IMG/VR virus record: IMGVR_UViG_3300045988_184153
Length of the DNA: 64,000 nt
Strand: one strand, 5' to 3'
From: a virus
The stretch's first letter is position 1; each line of letters starts with the position of its first letter. The notes below the pieces were generated by a model, which saw only the letters and a list, made by a program, of their open reading frames with translations, made no database searches and was not told where the DNA came from. The position numbers and the translations under genes were made by a program. Below are positions 1-9,329 of the stretch, piece by piece.

Positions 1-1
1 G

Positions 2-181
2 TTTGGATTTATTGCTTCTGTTATCAGCTTGTTCGTTAAGAAGATGTCTACTTGGAAATATCTCTCAGGAGCTATTCTTTCATTGGTTATCTTTTACGGA
101 TGTATGTCATTCTTAGGAGTTAGTATTTCTGCTACAAACAATCCAATTGTTGATTTAGTAAGTTACCTATTCCACGGATAA
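2..181 (+). CDS. 3' end of a membrane protein gene (partial; start lies upstream of the window)
   Basis: Open frame from position 2 to TAA at 179-181. Translation is hydrophobic (FGFIASVISLFV...LSLVIFYGCMSFLGVSISA). A terminator follows immediately. Confidence 0.5.
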   Translation, partial: FGFIASVISLFVKKMSTWKYLSGAILSLVIFYGCMSFLGVSISATNNPIVDLVSYLFHG

Positions 182-190
182 TAAATAAAA

Positions 191-220
191 AAGACTGAAT
201 TAATCAGTCTTTTTTTATTT
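191..220. terminator. Rho-independent terminator, bidirectional, between convergent genes
   Basis: Hairpin AGACTGAATTAATCAGTCT followed by T-run TTTTTTTATTTTT. Lies between the + gene end (181) and the - gene end (226). Confidence 0.7.
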
Positions 221-225
221 TTAAT

Positions 226-534
226 TTAGTGCGATAAATAAACCACCTTAAGATCCTTTCTGAAGGATAAATTCTCCAATCTTTCAATAACCTTATCTGT
301 AACAATTCCGGAACCTTTTACTATAACAAGTAAAGGCTTTGAGGTGTTGCTGAAGTTGATAAAGTCAAAGAAATCTTTGTCGCTTAAAATTTTTAAACCG
401 AAGGTGTTCCCCTCAAACAACCGACTAATTTCATCTACTACGTCAGAGTATTGCGGGACATCTTCAATAAGCACAGATCCTTCCTGGTTTGTGTTTATTT
501 GATTTCTATATTTGTAATCAATTCTTAAAATCAA
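226..534 (-). CDS. Hypothetical protein (102 aa), TTG start
   Basis: ORF track. GGAGG sits 8 nt upstream of TTG. Forms an operon with the small upstream membrane-protein ORF (6 nt gap). Confidence 0.55.
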   Translation of the reverse strand: MILRIDYKYRNQINTNQEGSVLIEDVPQYSDVVDEISRLFEGNTFGLKILSDKDFFDFINFSNTSKPLLVIVKGSGIVTDKVIERLENLSFRKDLKVVYLSH

Positions 535-539
535 ACTGA

Positions 540-719
540 TTAACCTCCAAAATTTTCTTCTAATCGGTTGTTTTCTCTGATTGCCAAACTTTCATAAGTA
601 GCTCTGACAACCCAGTTGATGATTCCGAATGTTAACGATAATGCAATCGACCATCCGATGACAACAGCTCCCAAACAAACCATAAAGATTACTGCCATCA
701 CTAATAAATCTAATAACAT
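540..719 (-). CDS. Small hydrophobic membrane protein (59 aa), not in the ORF track (below cutoff)
   Basis: Manual translation: MLLDLLVMAVIFMVCLGAVVIGWSIALSLTFGIINWVVRATYESLAIRENNRLEENFGG. The stop is 6 nt from the start of 226..534. Confidence 0.4.
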   Translation of the reverse strand: MLLDLLVMAVIFMVCLGAVVIGWSIALSLTFGIINWVVRATYESLAIRENNRLEENFGG

Positions 720-910
720 TTTTTTATACCTTTTTCTTTTTCTTAAAATAATCTCTTTCTTAATAACTATTTTATATTAAAATATATTATCTTTATATAA
801 GCATTAATAATATATTATTTTTTCGAATTATAGCAGAAAGTTTGTTTTTTGTCAAGTAAAAACTTTTATAATTTTTAAAAAAATACCTAAAAGGTTAGAA
901 AGAAGGTTTT

Positions 911-2347
911 GTGATGAAAATTACAAATTTAAAAGAAGTTAAAGATATCTTATTGAAGTTTGCGAGAGATTCTGCTCATATTTTTATTGTCGATTTGACA
1001 GATAAACGAGAAATGTTGAATGATTTAAAGCAGTATGGAGATCCTACTGGAATTATTTCAGAAGCGATTGAATTTGAATTGCTAGGTAAAAAGCGGATTC
1101 CTAATTTAAAGAATGAGGAGCTTTTATCTCAAGAGTTGAAGATGATTTTTAATTCGGATTCAGATTTGTTAGCAGAGGAATTTCTTTGTTCTACATTTTC
1201 CTTTGAATCAATCAATAAAATGAACAAAAGAATCGTTGAGCTCCAACTAGAGTATTCTACTGGAAATAAATATAGCAAAAAAATTGATTTCAAAGCTGGA
1301 ATTTTCGAAAATATTGTTGAATTTAATTTTCTTAACATCTACGGGGATTTGGTTTGGGGATTCTTGAATGACGAAAACGAAGATGAAGAATATACAGACA
1401 AGCTGATTTCAGAAACGAAAAAAGAATTGGTTAATTTATTGATGAATCAATTTGATGAGCGTTTAAATAAAATTGAGAAAGAGAAACCACTTGAAGAATT
1501 GATGGCTCTTGTAACACCAGGTATGAGTGACGATGATTATATCAAAGCAGTATCTGACATTGATATTTTTCTAAAAAGTGACCTATCACCTGAATTTATT
1601 GTGAATGACAAAATTGTTCTAAATTTCTTGAAAACAGCTGTTGAAAAAGACTCGTCTAATTTAACAACTTTGAAAAATATTTCTGGCAATTTGTTGAGAG
1701 TTATTAAATTACCAAAGATGAATCGGGATATGATGGATTCGGTTATCAAGTGGTATGTTGACGATGAAATCAAACGTGGTCTTTTCTCTCCGGTAGATCC
1801 TTGCAACAATAAAGTTGTTCTATCGTTCGAGCTCGATTTACTTTCAAAATTGTTGAACGGATATCTCAACAAGGAAAAGGCAGAGAAATTAGGTTCGTTG
1901 ATTGCCAAAGAGTTTAATAAAAACTCAAACCTAAGTTATCTCCAAACTTTTAAAATCGAAGAAGAAGACGCTCGTGATATCTTCTCTATCAATCGAGGAA
2001 TGAGATTGACGAAATCAGACTTGTTGTCTATCTTATCTCAAAATAAAGCTGTAGCAAAAGATTTTGTTCGAAAATTTAATGAAATTTCTGACAAAAAGGC
2101 GGTTATTGGATCTGAAGTAAAAATTGTCAACATTCCAAAGGATGTAGATCTATCTTTTTATGACAATCTAATCAACTTGGTTAATAATAACGAAGATTTT
2201 ATTATCAATTGCAGTCCAGATGAAAAGAAAAACATTAAGCGATCTCTAGAACGATTAATGTTGGTTTCTTACAAGGGAATCAATGCGGAAATTATCAAAA
2301 ATATTTTATCTTGCGTTGAATTTGACCTGATTTTGTTTGATATTTAA
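911..2347 (+). CDS. Hypothetical acidic cytoplasmic protein (478 aa; ATG at 914 may be the true start)
   Basis: ORF track. Upstream cassette variant TATAATTTTTAAAAAAA...AGAAAGAAGG. Terminator hairpin at 2361-2381. Confidence 0.7.
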   Translation: MMKITNLKEVKDILLKFARDSAHIFIVDLTDKREMLNDLKQYGDPTGIISEAIEFELLGKKRIPNLKNEELLSQELKMIFNSDSDLLAEEFLCSTFSFESINKMNKRIVELQLEYSTGNKYSKKIDFKAGIFENIVEFNFLNIYGDLVWGFLNDENEDEEYTDKLISETKKELVNLLMNQFDERLNKIEKEKPLEELMALVTPGMSDDDYIKAVSDIDIFLKSDLSPEFIVNDKIVLNFLKTAVEKDSSNLTTLKNISGNLLRVIKLPKMNRDMMDSVIKWYVDDEIKRGLFSPVDPCNNKVVLSFELDLLSKLLNGYLNKEKAEKLGSLIAKEFNKNSNLSYLQTFKIEEEDARDIFSINRGMRLTKSDLLSILSQNKAVAKDFVRKFNEISDKKAVIGSEVKIVNIPKDVDLSFYDNLINLVNNNEDFIINCSPDEKKNIKRSLERLMLVSYKGINAEIIKNILSCVEFDLILFDI

Positions 2348-2360
2348 AATAGATAAACTA

Positions 2361-2381
2361 AAGAGGCTTTAGCCTCTTTTT
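2361..2381 (+). terminator. Rho-independent terminator
   Basis: AAGAGGCTTTAGCCTCTT hairpin followed by TTT. Confidence 0.7.
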
Positions 2382-2476
2382 AATATATAAAAAGATATCT
2401 CAACTTTACTATATAATAGTAATAGATTGAATTTAAATTTTCTAATTTAAAAATAAAAAATGGAGGAATTGACTCC

Positions 2477-4768
2477 TTGAATCAGGAAACAAGTAAAAAT
2501 AAAAAGAAAATTGCTGTTATCACCCTATTCTCTGCATTAGTTTTAGGAGGTGTATCAGCAACAGCTTATTTGATGACGAAACCGTCAACAAATAATGATA
2601 GACCTCAACATCTAACAGCAACAGACTCTTCAAAGGGATCTGAAGTTGAATTTGTTGAATCATCCGATGATGGTAGTACAACATCTAAAGATAAAGAAAA
2701 GAGTAAAGAAAAAACCTCAAGTTCATCATCTTCTGATGAGAAAAAAGAGACTGCAAGCTCATCATCTTCGCAAGCCAACAACTCTAATAGACGTGAAGGT
2801 GCTACGCCGATTGATTCTTCTCGTGTAGCAAATACTCGTGAAGAAGGCGCTAACTCTATCGCACCAATCACTCAAGTTCGTGATATTATTAATCGAGCAG
2901 CTTCTTCAAATAGATCAATTTCAACGGGAAGCAATTCTATTACAGCTTCAGAGAAAAAATCTAAAGAACAAGAAGAAGAAGCACGTCGACTTGCTGAAAT
3001 CGAGGCTAGACGTAAACCTAAGACAGATAACACGAATACAATTCCGACATCACCAGCGATTCCAACTGTTCCTACATTGCCAATTGCACCAGTGATTCCA
3101 ATTGTGCCAAGTGTTCCACCAGTAATTCCTATTCCTACGCCAGCACCAGTTGTTCCAGAACCAGTTGAAGAGGAAAAACCTGCTGAAACTAAGCCAGCAG
3201 AACCAGAAACTCCGACTAAACCTGTTGAAGAACGTCCTTCTGAAATTAAACCTTCAGATATTGAAAATCCAACTAAACCTGTTGAAACTAAACCGGTCGA
3301 AGAAAAGCCTACTGAAACTAAGCCTACTGAAACTAAGCCTACTGAAACTAAACCAGAGGATAAGAAGCCAGAAGAAAAACCAGTAGATAAACCTGCTGAA
3401 ACTAAACCAGAAGATAAGAAACCAATTGAAACAAAACCAGTAGAGGAAAAACCTACTGATACAGCTAAAGAAGAGCAGAATGTTACTGCAACCATCCGCA
3501 CCCAAGAGGATCTAAATTCATACTTGAAGAAAACTGGTCGTGATCTTACAGGGGATACGGTTAACTTCTTGTTGAGCGAGGATGTTAAGTTCCCTAAAGA
3601 AACATACAAGATTTTAGGGAAAACAACCTTTAACTTCCCAGCAAATCCAGAAGGACACACACTTGATTTTAACGGATCTTCATTCTTGGTAGGTACTAAG
3701 AGTATCTTTAGATTCGACGCAACAGGTAAACACGGTAAAGATGATTCTGATTACTTAACAATCAAAAACTTTGTTGTTTACGGAAGTATCGAAGAAGAAA
3801 CGGATAAAGATGGAAATATCATTATAAAATCTCTTAATAAAGATATTTTTGAAGGTGACGGTCGATTCTCTGCCCGTATTGCAAAAGCTTCAAATATGAA
3901 ATTTGAAAATGCAACTTTCAACAATGCGCACGGTGCAGGATCTCACCTATTTGACGTTGCGGGATCTGACCACATTGTGTTTGAAAAAATTACAGCAGCT
4001 GGCTTTGGAGGAAAAGACCTATCTGAAGAAGAAGTTGAAAGACGATTCAACAAAGATCCACACTCTGTATATTCAGAAGCTATTCAGATTGACTCATTCC
4101 TTCCAACTTCATACGGACATATCTCTAATCTTAAAAACTCCATTCTTTCAAATCTAGAGGTTGACAACAAACCTTCTAGCGATATCACAATCACTGGCTC
4201 AACTTTCACAAGTTACGTTGGATTCACAGGACAAGATATTGCTGACGGTAATACCGCAAAACCTATCGTTCGTAACTTTGGTGCAACGGTCGGATCTCAT
4301 ACAGAGGGTTCTGATAAGTACAAGAATATCACAATTACGAACAACAAATTCGAAAACACAATCGGATTTGGTAGTCAAAATGGAGATAAGGATTGGGCGT
4401 CTAGGTTAGCGTACCCAATTCACCTAAAAGGTATACCTGAAGACTTATCTACTATCAAAGTTGAAGATAATACCTTTAATGATAAAGTATTTGCTAGAAC
4501 AAGTATCGGTAAATTTGTACACGGTATTTATTCAGTTAGTAAGGAGTTGATCTCTCCTGCTAAACCAGAAGATAAGAAACCTACTGAAACTAAACCAGCG
4601 GAAGAAAAACCTGCTGAAACTAAACCAGTAGAAAGTAAACCGGCAAATCCTGAATTACCAACTAAAGAACCTGAAGCTCCCCGAGAGAAGAAAGGTGATG
4701 ATAAGGGGAAGGATACAGGTAAAACAGACAAAGACAATTCTGAATCCGGAAAAGCCGATAAAAGATAA
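2477..4768 (+). CDS. Large surface protein (763 aa): N-terminal TM/signal anchor, Ser/Thr-rich linker, PTETKP-type proline repeats, central globular domain, second PT-rich region; no sortase motif
   Basis: TTG start with GGAGGAA upstream. KKKIAVITLFSALVLGGVSATAYLM hydrophobic segment. Tandem 15-nt repeats. Terminator at 4772-4800. Confidence 0.7.
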   Translation: MNQETSKNKKKIAVITLFSALVLGGVSATAYLMTKPSTNNDRPQHLTATDSSKGSEVEFVESSDDGSTTSKDKEKSKEKTSSSSSSDEKKETASSSSSQANNSNRREGATPIDSSRVANTREEGANSIAPITQVRDIINRAASSNRSISTGSNSITASEKKSKEQEEEARRLAEIEARRKPKTDNTNTIPTSPAIPTVPTLPIAPVIPIVPSVPPVIPIPTPAPVVPEPVEEEKPAETKPAEPETPTKPVEERPSEIKPSDIENPTKPVETKPVEEKPTETKPTETKPTETKPEDKKPEEKPVDKPAETKPEDKKPIETKPVEEKPTDTAKEEQNVTATIRTQEDLNSYLKKTGRDLTGDTVNFLLSEDVKFPKETYKILGKTTFNFPANPEGHTLDFNGSSFLVGTKSIFRFDATGKHGKDDSDYLTIKNFVVYGSIEEETDKDGNIIIKSLNKDIFEGDGRFSARIAKASNMKFENATFNNAHGAGSHLFDVAGSDHIVFEKITAAGFGGKDLSEEEVERRFNKDPHSVYSEAIQIDSFLPTSYGHISNLKNSILSNLEVDNKPSSDITITGSTFTSYVGFTGQDIADGNTAKPIVRNFGATVGSHTEGSDKYKNITITNNKFENTIGFGSQNGDKDWASRLAYPIHLKGIPEDLSTIKVEDNTFNDKVFARTSIGKFVHGIYSVSKELISPAKPEDKKPTETKPAEEKPAETKPVESKPANPELPTKEPEAPREKKGDDKGKDTGKTDKDNSESGKADKR
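3304..3351 (+). repeat. Three exact tandem 15-nt repeats (AAGCCTACTGAAACT) encoding KPTET; part of a longer degenerate PT-repeat tract (about 3170-3470, similar tract 4560-4640)
   Basis: Direct reading of the sequence. Confidence 0.85.
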
Positions 4769-4771
4769 AAA

Positions 4772-4800
4772 AAGGGAGCAACAAGCTCCTTTTTTTATTT
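4772..4800 (+). terminator. Rho-independent terminator
   Basis: GGAGCAACAAGCTCC hairpin followed by TTTTTTTATTT. Confidence 0.7.
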
Positions 4801-4862
4801 GATTTTTGGATGAAGAAATGATAAAATAAAACTAAAAATACAAAATAGAAAGAAGTAATAAA

Positions 4863-5690
4863 ATGTTAAAGACAAGCAACTCTAAAAACAAAAACTTGGG
4901 TGACTTTAGAACAAAACAGACTGAGATGATTGAAAAACTAATCGAAGACTCTGATTATACCCCTATCTACCAGCGTTACGTTTGCGGTATGTTCACAAGA
5001 AGCACCGACGTTAGATACAAAGATAATATGATTATCGCTGCTGAAGGCGGACAGATTTTTATGTGTTCAATTAGTGAACTGAATACCAGAAACAGTCCTG
5101 TTGTAATTCTTAGAAAGACAAAACATCTCTCTGATTTTTTAGTTAACAAATATGCTGATTCTACGGCAAAAAAATTTCCTTGTTTTGATGAGTTTTGCGA
5201 AGATACTAAGAACTGGCTTCTTGAGAATTGGAAAATCCAATCTTATTCAAACTCAATGGAAGAGAGTCCGATTAATGCTTTCAAGTCCGGAAACTTAAAT
5301 ATCACTCCACTTACTGGTCGTATGATTTTTGAATATTTAGTGTCGGAGGAAAATTTTGATCCTCAAATGTATAATTTGGGCTTGGCGAAACCTGGATGGT
5401 TTGTTAGAAAGTACTTCTTTTTATCCGAAGAGGAACGTTTAGATTTGAAAGAATATTCGCTGGAACAGTTACAGAATGGACGTTTCTCGTATGTTTTATA
5501 CATTATTGTATTTTTGGATCCTAAATTTTGGGCGGACGATTTCAAACAGGTTCTATCAAAATCCCCAATAGCTCATAATATTCTAAGTGATATGATTCGT
5601 GTTGCCAGAACTATCAGGAATGATAGTTTGATTTTCTCAGGAAAATTATCCGATGAAATCGAACGTAACATCTTAAAGATTGACGAGTGA
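4863..5690 (+). CDS. Hypothetical protein (275 aa)
   Basis: ORF track. AGAAAGAAG is upstream. Ends at TGA, immediately followed in the same frame by the next ORF. Confidence 0.6.
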   Translation: MLKTSNSKNKNLGDFRTKQTEMIEKLIEDSDYTPIYQRYVCGMFTRSTDVRYKDNMIIAAEGGQIFMCSISELNTRNSPVVILRKTKHLSDFLVNKYADSTAKKFPCFDEFCEDTKNWLLENWKIQSYSNSMEESPINAFKSGNLNITPLTGRMIFEYLVSEENFDPQMYNLGLAKPGWFVRKYFFLSEEERLDLKEYSLEQLQNGRFSYVLYIIVFLDPKFWADDFKQVLSKSPIAHNILSDMIRVARTIRNDSLIFSGKLSDEIERNILKIDE

Positions 5691-5696
5691 GGTGAG

Positions 5697-6197
5697 GTGA
5701 TGTTGATGATCGTTGAGGTGCAACACGTATCCAATTGGGTATGTTCCGTTTATAAAAAAACAACTGGAAGGTTCTTTGTTAGTCAAGCTAAAATTAACCT
5801 ATTAACCTACATTGTCTTTCAAGAATATTTGAAAATGAAGGAGTTATCACTTTGCGATTGCGAGTGGTATTTATCAAAGGAGGGCCTCCCCGTCAACAAA
5901 AAAATCGTTGATATAAATAGTAAATTTCCGAAACCTTATTTTAAAATAAAGGATAATGTAAAACGACCATCGTGGCTTGGTTTTATATCTAAAAAATATG
6001 ATTTAGATTTTAAATTTACTAAAGACGAGATTTATTTCGAAAATCTTATTTATAAATATAGAAACTACTCAGTTGAATCGCTAACTAATCGAATCCTAAT
6101 GAACACAGCCCTACAATTTTCTGAATTAAATCCAGGAGATAAGATTGACTCTGACTTGATTTATAACAGCAAATCATTCTTAAATAATAGTTGGTGA
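5697..6197 (+). CDS. Hypothetical protein (166 aa); possibly the C-terminal part of an interrupted gene together with 4863..5690
   Basis: ORF track. GAGGTGAGGTG RBS. Same reading frame as the upstream ORF, separated by a single TGA. Confidence 0.5.
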   Translation: MMLMIVEVQHVSNWVCSVYKKTTGRFFVSQAKINLLTYIVFQEYLKMKELSLCDCEWYLSKEGLPVNKKIVDINSKFPKPYFKIKDNVKRPSWLGFISKKYDLDFKFTKDEIYFENLIYKYRNYSVESLTNRILMNTALQFSELNPGDKIDSDLIYNSKSFLNNSW

Positions 6198-6307
6198 AAC
6201 AAGGTTGATTCTGACGAACAATCTTGTTTTTGTATATTAAAATATATAATATAAATCTCTATAATTAAACAGAGTAAAGTTAGAATAAATCAAGGAGAAT
6301 AAATACT

Positions 6308-9127
6308 TTGCAAAGTAAAAATAAAATTCTAAAACGTTTAGTTGGTTCATCTGCTATTCTAGTTACAGCTTTAGGTACTGTATCAACAATGCAACCAGCA
6401 TTTGCGAATCAAAATGTTGAAGTTCAAAAACAAGCAGGTGAAAACTTATCATTTGATGGAAGAACAGATACTGACAAAATTGTAAACCCTACAGCCGGAA
6501 GTAACACTCCTGACGCAGACGGCTACTATAATAGCCAAATCAAGGATATAACAGTCCTTTCTAAAAATGAAAACGACAATAGTGTTCGTTATCGTATCAC
6601 CTTTAAAGATGGATTTTCTATTCCGAAGGGTGGTCAAATCAGATTTTTGATGAGTTCAGCAAATCAATATGCTCCTGCAAAAGATCTTTATATGGGTAAA
6701 ACGAATGTTGCTACAATCTCAACTGCAAAGACAACAGATACCTCAAAAGAATTTATTGATAATTTAAAATCAGAAAATACTCTTGCTGGATATCGTTCTA
6801 AGTTAGATAAAGCTACTAGCGTTGATGTATTCGGTACTACAGAGTGGAAAATGACTTTTAACGAAGAGTTTGAGAAATTGAATAAAGATCGTTATGTCGA
6901 ATTTGTTGCAAGCAACTATATTGGACCAATCGAAAACAAGAAACTTCCAATTCTTTATATTGACGGTCAAGAAAAAGCTAAGTTGTTTGCGGATGATACA
7001 ATTTACAAAAAATATGAAAATAAGTTAATCATTCCATCTGTAACAGATAAGGCTTTAGCTGCTCCATACCTAAAATTGAAATATCCAATTTCAGATACAA
7101 GAGTAAAACTTATTGATCAACCTAACTACACAAGTGGATCTATTTTTGGATTAACAACAAACCCTGGATCTACAAAAAAACTACCGCTTTACCTATCTGA
7201 CGCACATTTCTACACATCTTACATCATTAAATCCGTTGGGGGAGAAGACGAAGAACACCGTGTAATTGAAAGAAATAAAGTTAACGGTCAAGAATTTTTC
7301 CTTAAAAAAGGCGATAAGATCAAAATGAACGTCCCAGAGGGATCTAAGCGTTTACTTGATATTAAATCTACAAACAAAGTTGGAGATATTATCGAGGGTG
7401 CTAACGTAGAAATTTTCTCTAGACCTGATAAAGACGGTGATCGCTTTACAGACTCAAATCTATACGAAAAAGATCGTCCTCTAACTAAAAAAGATGTTCC
7501 TGTAACTCTTAAGCTTTCAAAAATTAGTGAGAGTGGTGTTGAATACGAAGTTATGACAGATGTTCCGCTAGAAAACAACGCATTTGCTAAGTTTAGTTTT
7601 GGGGCTGCTTCAAAAGGTCTTTCTGTTGAGTTGAGAGAAAACTGGTTAGATGAATACGGTGCTGATAGACTCAAGGACTTTTTGTCAAGTAACAAGCTTT
7701 CTGATGAGTTGACTAAGAAAGATGGTTTTGGATTTGAAGTTAAATTGTCTAGAGAAGATAAAGATTTAGCTAAATTTGATAGATCAGTTAAATTGGTTAA
7801 AAACCCTAACTTAGCATTTGGTGAATCAACAAAAGGAACTATTAAAGTTAAATTTGTTGACGAAAAAACTGGTGAGGAAATCAAAGGCAACCCTATCGAA
7901 GTTGTCGCAAAAGATAGACCTTGGTACGAAACAGTTAACATTAAACCTAAGAAGATTGCTGATTACACGTATGTAAGTGCTGATGGCCCACTATCTACAA
8001 TCGTAGGTTCTGGAGAACAAACAGTTACACTTAAATACAAGAAGAATGTTCCTGATAAACCGGTAACAGATGATACAGATCCAAAAGATAAGGATCCTAA
8101 GACAACAGAAGCGCCTAAGACAACGGAAGCGCCTAAGACAACGGAAGCGCCTAAGACAACGGAAGAACCTAAGACAACAGAGGCTCCTAAGACGACAGAA
8201 GCGCCTAAGACAACGGAAGCGCCTAAGACGACAGAAGAACCTAAGACAACGGAAGCGCCTAAGACGACAGAAGAACCTAAGACAACAGAAGCTCCTAAGA
8301 CAACAGAAGCTCCTAAGACAACAGAAGTTCCTAAGACAACAGAAGTTCCTAAAGAAGTCACCACAACATTCAAGGATGATAAGGGTAATATCATTAAGAA
8401 AGAAAAGGGTACAAAGGACAAGGAAGATATCCCTGGATACAAATATATCAGAACTGAAAAGGATAAAGATGGCAACACAACTCACATCTATCACAAGATC
8501 GTAACACGTCATATTGAAAACAAAGAGGGTAAAGTAATTCTCCTTAAAGAAGAGGATGGAAACAAACCTAAAGGAACTTTCCCGGGTTATGATTTTGTAG
8601 AGACAAAAGTGAATCCTGAAAACGGAGATGTAACACATATCTATAAAGCTACTCCGGAAAAACCTGCTGAAACACCTAAAGAAGATATCACTACATTCTT
8701 CAAGGATGATAAGGGCAATGTCATTAAGACAGAAAAAGGTAATAAAGACAAGGAAGATATTCCTGGCTACAAATACCTAAGAACTGAAAAGGATAAAGAT
8801 GGCAATACTGTCCACCTATACCACAAAATTGTTACACGTCACGTTGAAAACAAAGATGGAAAAGTTATTGTTCTTAAAGAAGAAGAGGGCAATAAACCAA
8901 AAACCAACATCAGCGGATATGATTTTGTTGAAACAAAAGTTGATCCTGAAAATGGAGATGTAACACATTTCTACAAAGCTAACAACAAATCACCTGAGAA
9001 AAAAGACGCTGTTAAGACAGGGGCTAACGCTTCCTCAATCATTACTCCACTTATCGCACTAGTTGCTGGTGGTGGTGCAATCGGTGCAGCTACATACATC
9101 TCAAAACGCAAACGTAACGACAAGTAA
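6308..9127 (+). CDS. Cell-wall-anchored surface protein (939 aa): signal peptide, large N-terminal region, about 14 PKTTEA repeats, two about 100-aa duplicated adhesin-type repeats, C-terminal sorting signal AVKTGANAS + TM + KRKRNDK
   Basis: TTG start with AAGGAGA upstream. Signal peptide KILKRLVGSSAILVTALGTVSTMQPAFA. C-terminal LPXTG-like variant, hydrophobic stretch, basic tail. Terminator at 9146-9180. Confidence 0.8.
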   Translation: MQSKNKILKRLVGSSAILVTALGTVSTMQPAFANQNVEVQKQAGENLSFDGRTDTDKIVNPTAGSNTPDADGYYNSQIKDITVLSKNENDNSVRYRITFKDGFSIPKGGQIRFLMSSANQYAPAKDLYMGKTNVATISTAKTTDTSKEFIDNLKSENTLAGYRSKLDKATSVDVFGTTEWKMTFNEEFEKLNKDRYVEFVASNYIGPIENKKLPILYIDGQEKAKLFADDTIYKKYENKLIIPSVTDKALAAPYLKLKYPISDTRVKLIDQPNYTSGSIFGLTTNPGSTKKLPLYLSDAHFYTSYIIKSVGGEDEEHRVIERNKVNGQEFFLKKGDKIKMNVPEGSKRLLDIKSTNKVGDIIEGANVEIFSRPDKDGDRFTDSNLYEKDRPLTKKDVPVTLKLSKISESGVEYEVMTDVPLENNAFAKFSFGAASKGLSVELRENWLDEYGADRLKDFLSSNKLSDELTKKDGFGFEVKLSREDKDLAKFDRSVKLVKNPNLAFGESTKGTIKVKFVDEKTGEEIKGNPIEVVAKDRPWYETVNIKPKKIADYTYVSADGPLSTIVGSGEQTVTLKYKKNVPDKPVTDDTDPKDKDPKTTEAPKTTEAPKTTEAPKTTEEPKTTEAPKTTEAPKTTEAPKTTEEPKTTEAPKTTEEPKTTEAPKTTEAPKTTEVPKTTEVPKEVTTTFKDDKGNIIKKEKGTKDKEDIPGYKYIRTEKDKDGNTTHIYHKIVTRHIENKEGKVILLKEEDGNKPKGTFPGYDFVETKVNPENGDVTHIYKATPEKPAETPKEDITTFFKDDKGNVIKTEKGNKDKEDIPGYKYLRTEKDKDGNTVHLYHKIVTRHVENKDGKVIVLKEEEGNKPKTNISGYDFVETKVDPENGDVTHFYKANNKSPEKKDAVKTGANASSIITPLIALVAGGGAIGAATYISKRKRNDK
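8095..8350 (+). repeat. About 14 tandem 18-nt repeats (CCTAAGACAACGGAAGCG and variants) encoding PKTTEA/PKTTEE/PKTTEV
   Basis: Direct reading. The antisense ORFs 7963..8478 and 7991..8638 are artefacts of this array. Confidence 0.9.
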
Positions 9128-9145
9128 TATTTGTTAAATAACAAA

Positions 9146-9180
9146 AAGGGTTTCTGATAAATCAGAAACCTTTTTATTTT
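9146..9180 (+). terminator. Rho-independent terminator
   Basis: GGGTTTCTGATAAATCAGAAACC hairpin followed by TTTTTATTTT. Confidence 0.8.
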
Positions 9181-9257
9181 ATCATTTATCACGTAAATTA
9201 TCATTCTTCTTGATAAAATACAGATAAAATGATAATTCCACTGTAATTACTTTAGAC

Positions 9258-9286
9258 TTGACTAAATTCTGAATTTATGATAGAAT
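9258..9286 (+). promoter_or_regulatory. Sigma-A-type promoter (TTGACT-17 nt-TAGAAT) upstream of 9330..10439
   Basis: -35 TTGACT, 17-nt spacer, -10 TAGAAT read directly. Confidence 0.5.
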
Positions 9287-9329
9287 GAAATATAAATAAA
9301 AAATAATAAAAAGAGAAGAGGTTAAAAAT

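Noticed and set aside
1129-1908. Antisense ORFs 1129..1338 and 1537..1908 within 911..2347
   Set aside because: They are fully embedded in a longer ORF with better start context, and have no RBS.
2605-3660. Antisense and alternate-frame ORFs inside 2477..4768 (2605..2871, 2646..2828, 2838..3095, 2872..3660, 3150..3386, 3254..3505)
   Set aside because: They are low-complexity artefacts of the S/T/P-rich repeat region on the opposite strand or in other frames. The large + strand ORF has the start, RBS and terminator.
4863-6197. Genetic code 4 (TGA=Trp) as explanation for the same-frame TGA
   Set aside because: Long ORFs throughout the window (up to 939 aa) are uninterrupted under the standard code and use TGG for Trp. 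TGA also terminates other genes (for example 6197). Code 4 is therefore unlikely.
8095-8350. CRISPR-like regular repeats
   Set aside because: The repeats are contiguous 18-mers with no spacers. They are in frame within a CDS and encode a PKTTEA peptide repeat.
7963-8638. Long antisense ORFs (7963..8478, 7991..8638, 8070..8504) with VVLGAS / RRFRCLRRF repeats
   Set aside because: They are the reverse-strand and alternate-frame readings of the PKTTEA tandem repeat inside the 6308..9127 surface-protein gene. They have no RBS and no independent signal.
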